Shown: one piece after another, positions 8,840 through 18,618 of the stretch
Layout of the letters: the number at the start of each line of letters is the position of its first letter
Position numbering within the stretch: the first letter of the stretch is position 1
Assembly (NCBI GenBank): GCA_003154335.1
Contig: PMDE01000064.1
Location: 14,242-78,241 of the forward strand
Direction: 5' to 3'
Source: Methanoregula sp.
GTDB taxonomy: Archaea > Halobacteriota > Methanomicrobia > Methanomicrobiales > Methanospirillaceae
Length of the DNA stretch: 64,000 nucleotides
Position numbers and translations under genes: made by a program
Notes under the pieces: model-generated
Told to the model about the DNA's origin: nothing
The model's database searches: none
What the model saw: the letters and a program-made list of their open reading frames with translations, nothing else

Positions 8840-9997
8840 ATGGAAATTCTCTACCCAATGGTAATCTCAGCAGTTGCAGTCCTCGCTACTCTGATCTACG
8901 CTTCTTTCCTCGACATCAAGGACCGACGGGTTCCGTTTAAGACATGGTACCCAATGCTGTTTGTCGGGATTCCCGCATCCGTGTGGCTCCTGTACATAAA
9001 AACAGGCAATTTCAGTCTCATTGCAGGATTCTTATCACTAATAGCGAGTTTCTTTTACAGTAACTATCTCGACACTCATAAACCAGGTGAACCTATTAGG
9101 TTTGAATTCCTTGTGATCACTCTGCTCCTGCCCGCACTGGCTTGGCTGGTTCTGCCCACTCCATTCGCATTGACACTCGTTCCCTGGTATGCAATGTTTG
9201 CCGGGATTTTTGCATACATATCGTATATTACCTGGAAACAGAAACCGGAGGGAAAGATTAAGCCAAAACGCAAAGTTCAAGAATCGAATGTTGAAGAGGC
9301 ACTCAACCGATGGTACTTTATCCTGATTGTCATTATCTTTGCAATCACTTCCGTTCTGCTCCTCTTTTCCGGCGGCTGGGGTAATCCTGCTCTCTTTGTT
9401 CTGTTACCGGCAGTTTTCTGCGGAGTATTCTATCTTTTTGGCCGGATGCACCTATTCGGGGGAGCGGATGCATGGGCTCTTATCTTCATCTCATTCTGCA
9501 TCCCAACATTTCCATTCACACCGTTGCTTGGAGATACACCCCTTGGATTTCTCGCATTTTCAGTCCTGATTAATGCACTGCTCCTCAATCTTGTTGCCCC
9601 GCTTGCGATCTTCGCCATCAATATTGTCCGAAGAAACCGTGCCCCGCTGATGTATATGTTCTTTGGGTTTCCCGTCAAAGGTGAAAATATACAGCAGGAA
9701 TGGGGATTTATAATGGAAGACTTCGAAGAAAATCAAGGGAAGGTAAGCCGGAAATTCATCGGGTTTTTTGACTCCATCGGAAGAATGTACGGCGGCGAAG
9801 GCCGGGTCTACACAAAGGATCTCCGGGAACATCCCGAAGAATTCACCGAAGAGCTGGCAATATACAAAAAAGCCGGCACGGTCTGGATATCCTATGCAGT
9901 TCCATTTATAATCCCGATCACAGCAGGATTCATAACCGCGATAATCTTTGGTGATTTCCTTCTGGCAATAATGAAAATATTTGTGCCAGGGGCCTGA
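8840..9997 (+). CDS. Prepilin/preflagellin peptidase (A24 family, FlaK/PibD-like)
   Basis: Catalytic motifs S.LDIKDRRV and FGGADA, C-terminal [13 protein letters not shown]. Start moved to ATG 8840. Confidence 0.9.
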   Translation: MEILYPMVISAVAVLATLIYASFLDIKDRRVPFKTWYPMLFVGIPASVWLLYIKTGNFSLIAGFLSLIASFFYSNYLDTHKPGEPIRFEFLVITLLLPALAWLVLPTPFALTLVPWYAMFAGIFAYISYITWKQKPEGKIKPKRKVQESNVEEALNRWYFILIVIIFAITSVLLLFSGGWGNPALFVLLPAVFCGVFYLFGRMHLFGGADAWALIFISFCIPTFPFTPLLGDTPLGFLAFSVLINALLLNLVAPLAIFAINIVRRNRAPLMYMFFGFPVKGENIQQEWGFIMEDFEENQGKVSRKFIGFFDSIGRMYGGEGRVYTKDLREHPEEFTEELAIYKKAGTVWISYAVPFIIPITAGFITAIIFGDFLLAIMKIFVPGA

Positions 9998-9999
9998 CC

Positions 10000-10368
10000 A
10001 TGTTGAATCTTAAATTTGTTGACGGACTGATTCCGGTCATTGTGCAGGACAAAAAGAGCGGACAGGTTCTGATGATGGCATATGCCAACGAGGAGGCAAT
10101 CCAGCTCACGCTGAAAACCGGATATGCACATTATTACAGCCGGAGCCGGAAAAAACTCTGGAAGAAAGGAGAAGAGAGCGGGCATTTCCAGAAAGTCGGG
10201 CAGGTCTTAACAGACTGCGACGAGGACTGCCTGCTATATCTTGTCGAGCAGAAGGGTGCAGCCTGCCATACAGGATATGTTTCATGCTTCTACCGTACAC
10301 TTTCAGAAGACATCGTAGGAACAAAAATCTTTGATCCGGAAAAAGTGTACGGAAAGAATGGTCGCTAA
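10000..10368 (+). CDS. hisI: Phosphoribosyl-AMP cyclohydrolase
   Basis: [41 protein letters not shown]. Confidence 0.97.
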   Translation: MLNLKFVDGLIPVIVQDKKSGQVLMMAYANEEAIQLTLKTGYAHYYSRSRKKLWKKGEESGHFQKVGQVLTDCDEDCLLYLVEQKGAACHTGYVSCFYRTLSEDIVGTKIFDPEKVYGKNGR

Positions 10369-10460
10369 TTCATTTTTTATTGAAACATCATTCAGCGGGA
10401 TATTCCCGGTATTTGGATTTTTTTATTCCCTCATCGACAAAAAATGAGAATATGAAGATC

Positions 10461-10685
10461 TTATAAGCAGATGCGGATTATGTTCACCGGACAGAGAAAT
10501 GCAGCTTCCTCTGCACTACTGCAAAGAGTATCCGGTATAACCCCCTCTGCAAGGTTACCACTATAACGATACTCTTCTATAATTTCCGAGAAAGAATCGC
10601 AATGGTTTTGGTCGAAAAGCTCCGGGCAGATGTTCCAGCATGCCCCACAACTTACGCAGCCCATCCGATCAATGGTAACAATCAT
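10461..10685 (-). CDS. Single-cluster [4Fe-4S]/[3Fe-4S] ferredoxin
   Basis: CVSCGAC...CPELF and distal CPVNII; downstream of AOR. Confidence 0.88.
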   Translation of the reverse strand: MIVTIDRMGCVSCGACWNICPELFDQNHCDSFSEIIEEYRYSGNLAEGVIPDTLCSSAEEAAFLCPVNIIRICL

Positions 10686-10767
10686 TCCGATATTCCATAA
10701 CCTTATAAAAAACAGATTGGAGGTATTGGGATAAAGGTATACGCAAGGTTCTTTTGGGAATTGCAGA

Positions 10768-12549
10768 TCAGGCCAGTCCGAGTTCCTTGAGTTTCACGGG
10801 AGTGGGAACACCCAGATTATCCCAGCCTCTTACAGCATAATACTCGTCGAGAAGAGGATCCCTCTGCCAGACTCTGCCCGCCGGTTCACCTTCCTTCAAC
10901 GGTTCAGTAAGAAGTCGTAAAGGAAGTGTATCGTCAGCTTTCCCGTACCCTTCCTTCATATTGAACAGTTTCTGAACGGTCCAGATTCGTTCCCCGATGC
11001 GCATCAGTTCGTGTTCGTCCACCGTCATACCGGTAACCGCAGAGATCATTGCTGCGTAATCTGGTGCACCCATCGGTGCAAGCGAGGTGAACAGGCAGAT
11101 TCCTGCCGCATCTATCGCAGCCGTCAGGTCCTGAAACGCCTTTGTCCACACTGCCTTGCCGTCATTGGTGAAGGGGTCAAGTTTCTGCGGGACTCCGAGA
11201 ACTTCGGGAGAGATCATATAACCATTGATATGATCTCCTCCACGAACTCCGGTTGCATAACTGAGTCCCATCCCTTGAAGGCCCCGAGGGTCGTACGCAG
11301 CAAGCTCCATCTTCTTCACACTCATGGAGAGCTCGGGGTGGTTGTATTTCTGCGAAAACCGGTATGATCCGTCAGCCAGCTCGTCGCCGAATCCTTCGCG
11401 ATAACCCATCTTTCTTACAAGATCGCACATGGCAGCTCCATCGCCCCATGCAATTTTTTGTTCGATGTAGCCCTTCTGCGACATTTCCATGGCACATGCG
11501 ATCGTGACACCTGCCGACATCGCATCCAGGCCAAGATCATTACAGAGATTATTCGCACGCGTAACCCAGACCAGATCATCGATGCCGCAATCGGCACCCA
11601 TTGCCCACGCATTCTCGTATTCGGGGCCTTCTGCTTCGATTCCATCCACTTTTGTACCCCGCCCGCAGGCAATAAAACAGGCATAACACGGTTTCTTGCG
11701 CACAAGCGTTGTTGCGGTCATTTTTTCACCGGATATATTCTCTGCATTCGCAAAGTATGCAGTCTGATGGTTTCTGGTCGGCAGGATGTAATGGTTATTA
11801 ATCACGTTCATGAGAACCGGTGTCCCGTAGTTGGAGAGACTCTGGCTTGTCACTGGACCTTCGGTCAGTTTCTTTCGTACCCCCACGAGCACCTCTTTTA
11901 GTTTCTCAGGCTCTGCAACAGCTATCTTTCCTTCTCCCCGGGCTGCAATTGCCTTTAAATTTTTCGAGCCCATTACTGCCCCAAGCCCGCCCCGGCCGGC
12001 TGCCCGGAACTGGTCACTCATTACACACGCAATCCGGCTGAGTTTCTCCCCTGCCGGGCCGATACAGGCAATCCGGATATGCTCATCATTAAGGTCTTTT
12101 TTGATACCGGCCGTGGTTTCGTTCACAGTCATACCCCAGTATGATGAAGCATCTCGAAGCTCCGCTTCCCCCCGGTTGAGCCAGATGAAAACCGGCTTCT
12201 GTGCTTTTCCCGAAACAACTACTGCATCTACTCCGGCAAGCTTCAGTTCGTGGCCGAAGAACGCCCCGCTGTCTGAACTGCATAAGGTGTTATTCAGAGG
12301 AGATTTGGACACCACCTGGTGACGCGCCCCAAGAGGAACACCGGAACCCGTTAGCGGTCCGGTGGCAAACACGATCACATTCTGCTCTCCAAGGGCGTCA
12401 GCATTGCGAGGGACCATATCACTTACCAGCTTGACACCAAGCCCCCTTCCCCCGAGATATTGTTGTTTCAGTTCCTGCGGAAACGGTTTTTTGATCAGTG
12501 TCCCGTTGGTCAGGTCTGCATACAATATTGTTCCTGCATATCCATCCAT
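10768..12549 (-). CDS. aor: Tungsten-type aldehyde:ferredoxin oxidoreductase
   Basis: YLGGRGLG, KSPL, IGPAGE, AGRGGLGAVMGSKNLKAI, CYACFIAC, GPEYE, YDPRG, DDTLP.R. Start at MDGYAG with a GGAGGT RBS. Confidence 0.93.
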   Translation of the reverse strand: MDGYAGTILYADLTNGTLIKKPFPQELKQQYLGGRGLGVKLVSDMVPRNADALGEQNVIVFATGPLTGSGVPLGARHQVVSKSPLNNTLCSSDSGAFFGHELKLAGVDAVVVSGKAQKPVFIWLNRGEAELRDASSYWGMTVNETTAGIKKDLNDEHIRIACIGPAGEKLSRIACVMSDQFRAAGRGGLGAVMGSKNLKAIAARGEGKIAVAEPEKLKEVLVGVRKKLTEGPVTSQSLSNYGTPVLMNVINNHYILPTRNHQTAYFANAENISGEKMTATTLVRKKPCYACFIACGRGTKVDGIEAEGPEYENAWAMGADCGIDDLVWVTRANNLCNDLGLDAMSAGVTIACAMEMSQKGYIEQKIAWGDGAAMCDLVRKMGYREGFGDELADGSYRFSQKYNHPELSMSVKKMELAAYDPRGLQGMGLSYATGVRGGDHINGYMISPEVLGVPQKLDPFTNDGKAVWTKAFQDLTAAIDAAGICLFTSLAPMGAPDYAAMISAVTGMTVDEHELMRIGERIWTVQKLFNMKEGYGKADDTLPLRLLTEPLKEGEPAGRVWQRDPLLDEYYAVRGWDNLGVPTPVKLKELGLA

Positions 12550-12861
12550 TTCAGATACCTCCCTTTTCCGGCAGGATGTGCTCATGGATTGCACCATAAT
12601 TCAATTTCGATAAATAAGTTCCCGGCATTTCAAATCATCTCGCGGTAGGATGCATACCATGAGTTAATAAAGTTAGCTTTACTGCATAAACTTCCGATGG
12701 GAAAAGGTTGTAAAATCCCACTTCTGACTCAATTCCGATCTAAACAGCTTATCATCCTTTGATTATATTTCCATGATTGCCTACCCTTTATCGGTCTGGT
12801 GCCTTACGAATATGAAATCCAGGGAACATTTTTTATTTTATCGATTCTCAATAACCAACAA

Positions 12862-13512
12862 ATGAAGCTTGTTCGCTATGCAATATTTGCTGGTCTCATT
12901 ATTACTTTCATTATCACCTTCGCTTTTTACCAGCCTCTTCCGGATCGTATCGTCTCGCACTGGAACGCTGCCGGGCAGGCTGATGGATATATGTCGAAGA
13001 TCTTGGGACTGGGTCTGATCCCTCTCATCATGGCATCATGTGTGGCCCTCTTTGCTATGATCCCGCGTATCGACCCGCTCAAACAGAATTATGAGAAGTT
13101 CAGGAACTATTACGAGGGGTTCATACTCCTGTTTGTCCTTTACCTGCTGGCTATCCAGGTCCAGATTATCCTCTGGAGTATCGGGTACCAAATCAGCCCG
13201 AACCGCACATTTCCTGTCCTTTTCGGGATTCTTTTTATCTATCTTGGGTTTCTTCTCGAACATGCGGAGCAGAACTGGTTTGTGGGTATCCGTACCCCTT
13301 GGACAATGAGTAGTACGACAGTATGGAAAAAGACCCATGAGGTGGGCGGAAAATTGTTCAAAATTGCCGGGATTATCGCTTTTGCCGGACTGCTGTTCCA
13401 GAATTTTGCAATCTGGTTCATCCTTGTGCCGGTACTGACAGTGGCTGTATTTTCCGTCGTCTATTCATATATTGAATTTAAAAAAGAAGTTAAAAGTCCG
13501 ATAATAGTATAA
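12862..13512 (+). CDS. SdpI/DUF1648 family membrane protein
   Basis: LPDRIVSHWNAAGQADG and NWFVGIRTPWT....VWKKTH motifs. Confidence 0.9.
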   Translation: MKLVRYAIFAGLIITFIITFAFYQPLPDRIVSHWNAAGQADGYMSKILGLGLIPLIMASCVALFAMIPRIDPLKQNYEKFRNYYEGFILLFVLYLLAIQVQIILWSIGYQISPNRTFPVLFGILFIYLGFLLEHAEQNWFVGIRTPWTMSSTTVWKKTHEVGGKLFKIAGIIAFAGLLFQNFAIWFILVPVLTVAVFSVVYSYIEFKKEVKSPIIV

Positions 13513-13633
13513 CATGGTTTCTGAAGCGCAGATGAGGAGGAACACAGTCTGACGCATTTATGGAAAAATAAATCTGGGGAAGTGATGCGCTACAATCGAA
13601 TCTCTGCTTCGACCCGTCTCACCTTCGAACCCC

Positions 13634-13830
13634 TTATTAACACTGCGGGGTAATATCTACCGTATCAACGATCATCCGGTCGTTGAACCTGATAACCGGC
13701 GTGAGCGACTTGATAGGCGCTCGTGCAGTTAAAGGAGCGTCCTAGCGCTTGCACGACTCCTTTTAAAAAATCCAAGAGAATAGCATAGCATACAAGAGCA
13801 TACCATAGGACACGATAGGGTGAATATTTT
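13634..13830 (+). promoter_or_regulatory. Putative promoter and structured 5' leader (three hairpins, alternative pairing, pentamer array) upstream of the PIN-ATPase gene
   Basis: TTATTAA 13634-13640; stems 13665-13686, 13699-13726, 13731-13763; pentamer array 13776-13820; GGTGA SD 13819-13823. Confidence 0.55.
13776..13820 (+). repeat. Nine in-phase degenerate pentamers, consensus (T/G)A(G/C)NA
   Basis: GAGAA TAGCA TAGCA TACAA GAGCA TACCA TAGGA CACGA TAGGG. Confidence 0.8.
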
Positions 13831-15792
13831 ATGATACTGGTACCAGATACGAGCGTCCTTATCGATGGGCGCATAACCTCGATGATTAAAGCCGGAGAAT
13901 ATAAAGGTGCAACAATAATCGTTCCCGAAGCAGTGATTGCAGAACTTGAAGCCCAGGCAAATAACGGTCGTGAAATAGGATTTTCAGGCCTGAATGAGCT
14001 TCAGTCGTTATGCAGGATGGCAGAAGAGAAAACAATAGAACTTAAATTCTCCGGGATCCGACCCTCCCTCGAGCAGGTAAAGCTCGCGAGCGGTGGCGAA
14101 ATCGATGCAATGATACGGGGTATAGCAATTGAGAATTCTGCGCGGTTTATCACCAGTGATTTTGTGCAGGCTGAAGTAGCCCGGGCAAAAGGACTTGACG
14201 TCATTTACTTAAAGGCCCAAGTCAGTGATTTTGTTCCCCTCGGCATTGATCAGTTCTTCGATGAACACACGATAGCGGTATACCTTAAGGAGCGGGTCTG
14301 TCCCTCGGCAAAGAAGGGCACCATCAATGATATGAAACTCGTCAGGATCCGCGATCAGCCGACGAGTGAGTATGAGCTCCGTGCACTCGCACAGGAAATA
14401 CTCGAGCGGGCAAAGCGCGATCCAGACGGGTTCATTGAAGTCGAAAAACGTGGCATTACCATCGTCCAGATTGGTTCCATGCGCATTGCGATTGCACGTC
14501 GCCCGTTTTCCGACGGGATGGAGATCACTGCTGTCCGCCCGATTGTTGACGTAACACTGAAAGATTATGCAAAGGCAGATCTCATCACAAAAAAGATCAC
14601 CAGCGATAAACGAGGGTTGATTATAGTCGGAGCGCCAGGTTCAGGAAAGACTACTCTCGCCCAGAGTGTTGCAACGTACCTGTCAGACAGTGGTTATGTC
14701 GTCAAGACGATGGAGGCACCCCGGGAGTTGCAGGTGCCGGACCAGATTACGCAGTATACTACGCTGGATGGCAGTATGTCCAATACAGCAGATGTTCTCC
14801 TTCTTGTCAGGCCGGACTATGTCATCTTCGATGAACTGAGAAAGAATGAGGATTTCAATGTCTTTGCCGATATGCGGCTTGCCGGGCTTGGTATGGTCGG
14901 CGTTATTCATGCAAATGGCGTTCAGGATGCAGTCCAGCGGTTTTCCGACCGGGTGGACTTTTCGGTTCTGTCACAGATAGTCAATACAATTATCTTTGTC
15001 AGCCAAGGGGTAATAACCAGAATTTACGATCTTGATTTCACGATCAAGGTTCCTGAAGGAATGGCAGGTGAAATGCATATCCGACCGGTAACCGTCGTGA
15101 CCGATCACGAAACTGGCGAACTCGTCATCGATGTCTTCCGGTATGATGGTGAAACAATTGTCATGCCTATGAGCGCAGTGACCAGTGCATCAAAAAAAGT
15201 CCCCCAGGCTCCTGTGGTTCAGAATGTTGGAATTCCAGTCGGATCTGCCAGTAATATCCGTTCACCCGTTACCCCCCCCGAGGCGGGCCAAAGAAAGGAA
15301 AGTGATGACCGACCCGGCTGGAAACTGATGGAGAAGGATATTCAGCGGGAAATCGGTCGATATACAGAAGGCTTCGTCGATGTGCAGATGATCAGCGATA
15401 CAAAAGCTATTGTCTACATTGACGACAAAGACGTGCCTGCCGCGATTGGTAAGGGTGGCAAAAATGTATCAGCTATCGTAAACAAAATCGGCATCGGGAT
15501 TGACATCAAACCCCGCTCCGAATTTGAACGGCAGCAGGTGCTACCACAGAAAAGCGATATGGAGCTCAATCTGGGAGGGGGCATTAAAATCCTGACCGAT
15601 AAAAAACAGCTCACCATAGTAGCCTCTGAACAGAGCGGTAAGATAGTAGATGTATTTGCAGGCAAAGAATACCTGTTTACTGCCACGGTAAATGACTCCG
15701 GAGAAATTCATCTTGCTAAAAATTCCAGTATAGCACAGGAAATGATCCGGCGACACCAGAACAGCGAGATCATTAAACTACGTCCGGTATAA
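13831..15792 (+). CDS. PINc/VapC-family ATPase with C-terminal KH domain (PINA-like)
   Basis: PIN motifs VPDTSVLIDG, ELE, GEID, TSD; Walker A GAPGSGKTT; Walker B IFDE; KH loop AIGKGGKN. Confidence 0.92.
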   Translation: MILVPDTSVLIDGRITSMIKAGEYKGATIIVPEAVIAELEAQANNGREIGFSGLNELQSLCRMAEEKTIELKFSGIRPSLEQVKLASGGEIDAMIRGIAIENSARFITSDFVQAEVARAKGLDVIYLKAQVSDFVPLGIDQFFDEHTIAVYLKERVCPSAKKGTINDMKLVRIRDQPTSEYELRALAQEILERAKRDPDGFIEVEKRGITIVQIGSMRIAIARRPFSDGMEITAVRPIVDVTLKDYAKADLITKKITSDKRGLIIVGAPGSGKTTLAQSVATYLSDSGYVVKTMEAPRELQVPDQITQYTTLDGSMSNTADVLLLVRPDYVIFDELRKNEDFNVFADMRLAGLGMVGVIHANGVQDAVQRFSDRVDFSVLSQIVNTIIFVSQGVITRIYDLDFTIKVPEGMAGEMHIRPVTVVTDHETGELVIDVFRYDGETIVMPMSAVTSASKKVPQAPVVQNVGIPVGSASNIRSPVTPPEAGQRKESDDRPGWKLMEKDIQREIGRYTEGFVDVQMISDTKAIVYIDDKDVPAAIGKGGKNVSAIVNKIGIGIDIKPRSEFERQQVLPQKSDMELNLGGGIKILTDKKQLTIVASEQSGKIVDVFAGKEYLFTATVNDSGEIHLAKNSSIAQEMIRRHQNSEIIKLRPV

Positions 15793-15837
15793 TCCAGAAA
15801 ATGATTATTTTTCCTGATATATGAAGGTGAAATCATT

Positions 15838-18618
15838 TTGAACGCATTTGATCTGGGCAAATTTGAAACAGAAGCACAGGAACAGTGGTTGCATGCATTT
15901 GAGTCCAACCCGTCGAAACTTGAGAAATGTTATCTGAACGTTGCTTACCCATATCCAAGTGGTGCAATGCATGTTGGTCATGGAAGGACCTATATCGTAC
16001 CTGATGTCATTGCACGATTCTGGCGGATGAGGGGGAAACAGGTCCTTTATCCTATGGCATTTCATGTCACAGGAGCTCCTGTAATCGGCATTTCAAAAAG
16101 AATCACAAAGAAGGATCCCAAGACCATTCATCTCTACCGCGATCTTTACCGAGTTCCCCAAAACGTCCTTGATGAATTTACCGATCCGCTGACCATTGTC
16201 CACCATTTCGCGAGCGAATATCAGAGAGTTATGACTGCCTGCGGAATTTCGATTGACTGGCGGCGCAGGTTTACAACTGTCGATCCCTGTTACAGTAAGT
16301 TTATTGAGTGGCAATGGAAGCATCTCTACGAAGCAGGCCACGTGATCAAGGGAGTCCACCCGGTCCGATACTGCACGGTAGATGATAATCCAGTCGGAGA
16401 TCACGACCTGCTTGAAGGGGATAAGGCTGAAGTAATAAGGTTCACCCTCGTTATGTTCCAGTATGGGGATGCACAAATCCCAACGGCAACGCTTCGCCCT
16501 GAAACGATCCATGGAGTCACGAATCTCTGGGTGAACCCGAGCGTTACTTACGTAAAGGCTCTGGTTGACGGAAATGCCTGGATTATCTCCAAGGAAGCCG
16601 CGGAAAAGCTCGAATTACAGGACCATACAATAGAAATCAAAGAAGAGATTGCCGGCAGAGATCTCATCGACAAGAGGGTAGTTCACCCACTTTGTGGAGA
16701 GGTCCCGATTCTCCCGGCCGATTTTGTTGATCCCGATATGGCAACCGGACTCGTTATGAGTGTCCCTGCCCACGCACCTTTTGATTTTGTTGCTCTTCGC
16801 GATCTCCAGAACGCAGGAAAATATACTGTAATAAAACCCGTGCCGTTGATAAAGGTCGAAGGATATGGGGATATTCCGGCGCAGGACGCTATTGAGAGAG
16901 CGGGTATCATCCACCAGATGGACAGCCGCATGGATGCAATCACCCAGGAGGTTTACTCAGCGGAGTTTTCAAAGGGTAAACTTTTTGATAGGTATGGTGG
17001 AAAACCAGTCCGTATTGCGCGCGACGATGTTGCTGCACTCATGATTGAGAAGTATGGCTCGGAGGTTATGTACGAATTTGATACACGACCGGTCATATGT
17101 CGCTGCGGCAACCGAGTTAAGGTGAAGATTCTTCATGACCAATGGTTCCTGAAATACAGTGACCCGGTTTGGAAACAGCAGGTCAGCGACCATCTTTTGA
17201 ATATGGCACTCGTTCCACCCGAGGTGAGACTTGAGTTTGAGCGTACCATAGACTGGCTCAAAGACTGGGCCTGTACCCGACGTGTTGGCCTTGGAACCCG
17301 ATTTCCGTGGGACACCACACAACTTATAGAGCCCCTCTCTGATTCAACCATCTACATGGCTTATTACACAATTGCCCATAAAATTCGTGAAATCGACGCA
17401 AAACTCCTCACCCCGGAGGTCTTCGATTATATTTTCCTTGGGAAAATGTCGTCAGAACTACCCGAGAAGAAAAAACTGGATGTGATGAGGAAAGAGTTTC
17501 TGTACTGGTATCCCTATAATTACCGGTTCTCTGCAAAGGACCTGATTTCAAACCATCTCACATTCCAGCTTTTCCACCATGTCACAATATTCCCAAAAGA
17601 TAAGCTCCCATTGGGCATGGTTGTTTTTGGCATGGGACTTCTCAACGGAGCAAAAATGTCATCTTCGAAAGGTAATGTCTTCCTGCTTGAAGACGCTGTA
17701 CATGATTTTGGCGCCGATACGGTGCGGATGTTCCTGATGGGGAGTGCTGAACCCTGGCAGGACTTTGACTGGAGAAATGAGCTGGTTATTTCAACGAAAA
17801 AGCAAATTGAACGGTTCTTCAACACGGTGAATGAATTCAAAGATGCCGACGGCGAGCCGCATGACATCGATCGCTGGTTGCTTAGCCGCTTACAATCTCA
17901 TATCGGAAGTACGACTGAAGCGCTCGCCAACTTCCAGACCAGACAGGCATTGCAGGAAGCATATTTCGGGATTGAGACTGATCTTAAATGGTATCGCCGG
18001 CGACTCCCGTCGACTATTGACGGAAGCAGGGAGTTGCACACACTATGTTCAGTCTGGATACGGCTCCTCGCACCGTTCATCCCATTTACGGCTGAACATC
18101 TCTGGAAGGAAGTTGCCGGTGAAGGACTTGTCTCGTTTTCACCCTGGCCTGTGGAGGACAAAACACTGGTCAATACCAGGATTGAGCTTGCAGAAGAGCT
18201 CTTGGCCCGTACTGTTGAGGATATTGAATCGATTAAAAAACTAATCAAGATCACTCCTAAATCAATAACGATATCCCTTGCACCCGTCTGGAAGCACGAT
18301 ATTTTCCGCATAATCGCAACCTCAAGCGACCGGAACTCGGTTATCAGGAATATCATGAAGGATGAAATAATGCGTAAGCGGGGAAAAGAAGCCACGGATG
18401 CAATAAAGCAGTGTACTACTCTTATCCATCGATTGCCCCCCAGTGTTGTCGAACCTCTTTCGCGCGAGCCCATCAACGAAGCAGCAGTCTTTGAGGCCGC
18501 AAGGGGATTTCTGGAAAAAGAGTTCGGAGTACCCGTCCATATTACGAATGCTGATTCGAGTGAACATCCCAAAGCTGCAACAGCCCTGCCCTTTAAACCG
18601 GCGATAATTATAGAGTGA
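15838..18618 (+). CDS. leuS: Leucyl-tRNA synthetase (archaeal type)
   Basis: YPYPSGAMHVGH (HIGH), ATLRPET, CP1 GLVMSVPAHAPFD, KMSSS; TTG start after GGTGA. Confidence 0.97.
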   Translation: MNAFDLGKFETEAQEQWLHAFESNPSKLEKCYLNVAYPYPSGAMHVGHGRTYIVPDVIARFWRMRGKQVLYPMAFHVTGAPVIGISKRITKKDPKTIHLYRDLYRVPQNVLDEFTDPLTIVHHFASEYQRVMTACGISIDWRRRFTTVDPCYSKFIEWQWKHLYEAGHVIKGVHPVRYCTVDDNPVGDHDLLEGDKAEVIRFTLVMFQYGDAQIPTATLRPETIHGVTNLWVNPSVTYVKALVDGNAWIISKEAAEKLELQDHTIEIKEEIAGRDLIDKRVVHPLCGEVPILPADFVDPDMATGLVMSVPAHAPFDFVALRDLQNAGKYTVIKPVPLIKVEGYGDIPAQDAIERAGIIHQMDSRMDAITQEVYSAEFSKGKLFDRYGGKPVRIARDDVAALMIEKYGSEVMYEFDTRPVICRCGNRVKVKILHDQWFLKYSDPVWKQQVSDHLLNMALVPPEVRLEFERTIDWLKDWACTRRVGLGTRFPWDTTQLIEPLSDSTIYMAYYTIAHKIREIDAKLLTPEVFDYIFLGKMSSELPEKKKLDVMRKEFLYWYPYNYRFSAKDLISNHLTFQLFHHVTIFPKDKLPLGMVVFGMGLLNGAKMSSSKGNVFLLEDAVHDFGADTVRMFLMGSAEPWQDFDWRNELVISTKKQIERFFNTVNEFKDADGEPHDIDRWLLSRLQSHIGSTTEALANFQTRQALQEAYFGIETDLKWYRRRLPSTIDGSRELHTLCSVWIRLLAPFIPFTAEHLWKEVAGEGLVSFSPWPVEDKTLVNTRIELAEELLARTVEDIESIKKLIKITPKSITISLAPVWKHDIFRIIATSSDRNSVIRNIMKDEIMRKRGKEATDAIKQCTTLIHRLPPSVVEPLSREPINEAAVFEAARGFLEKEFGVPVHITNADSSEHPKAATALPFKPAIIIE

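Noticed and set aside
13660-13830. T-box or leucine leader-peptide attenuator for leuS; CRISPR-like repeat
   Set aside because: No UGGN T-box bulge motif. The short GTG ORF (13701-13745) has one Leu. The pentamers have no spacers.
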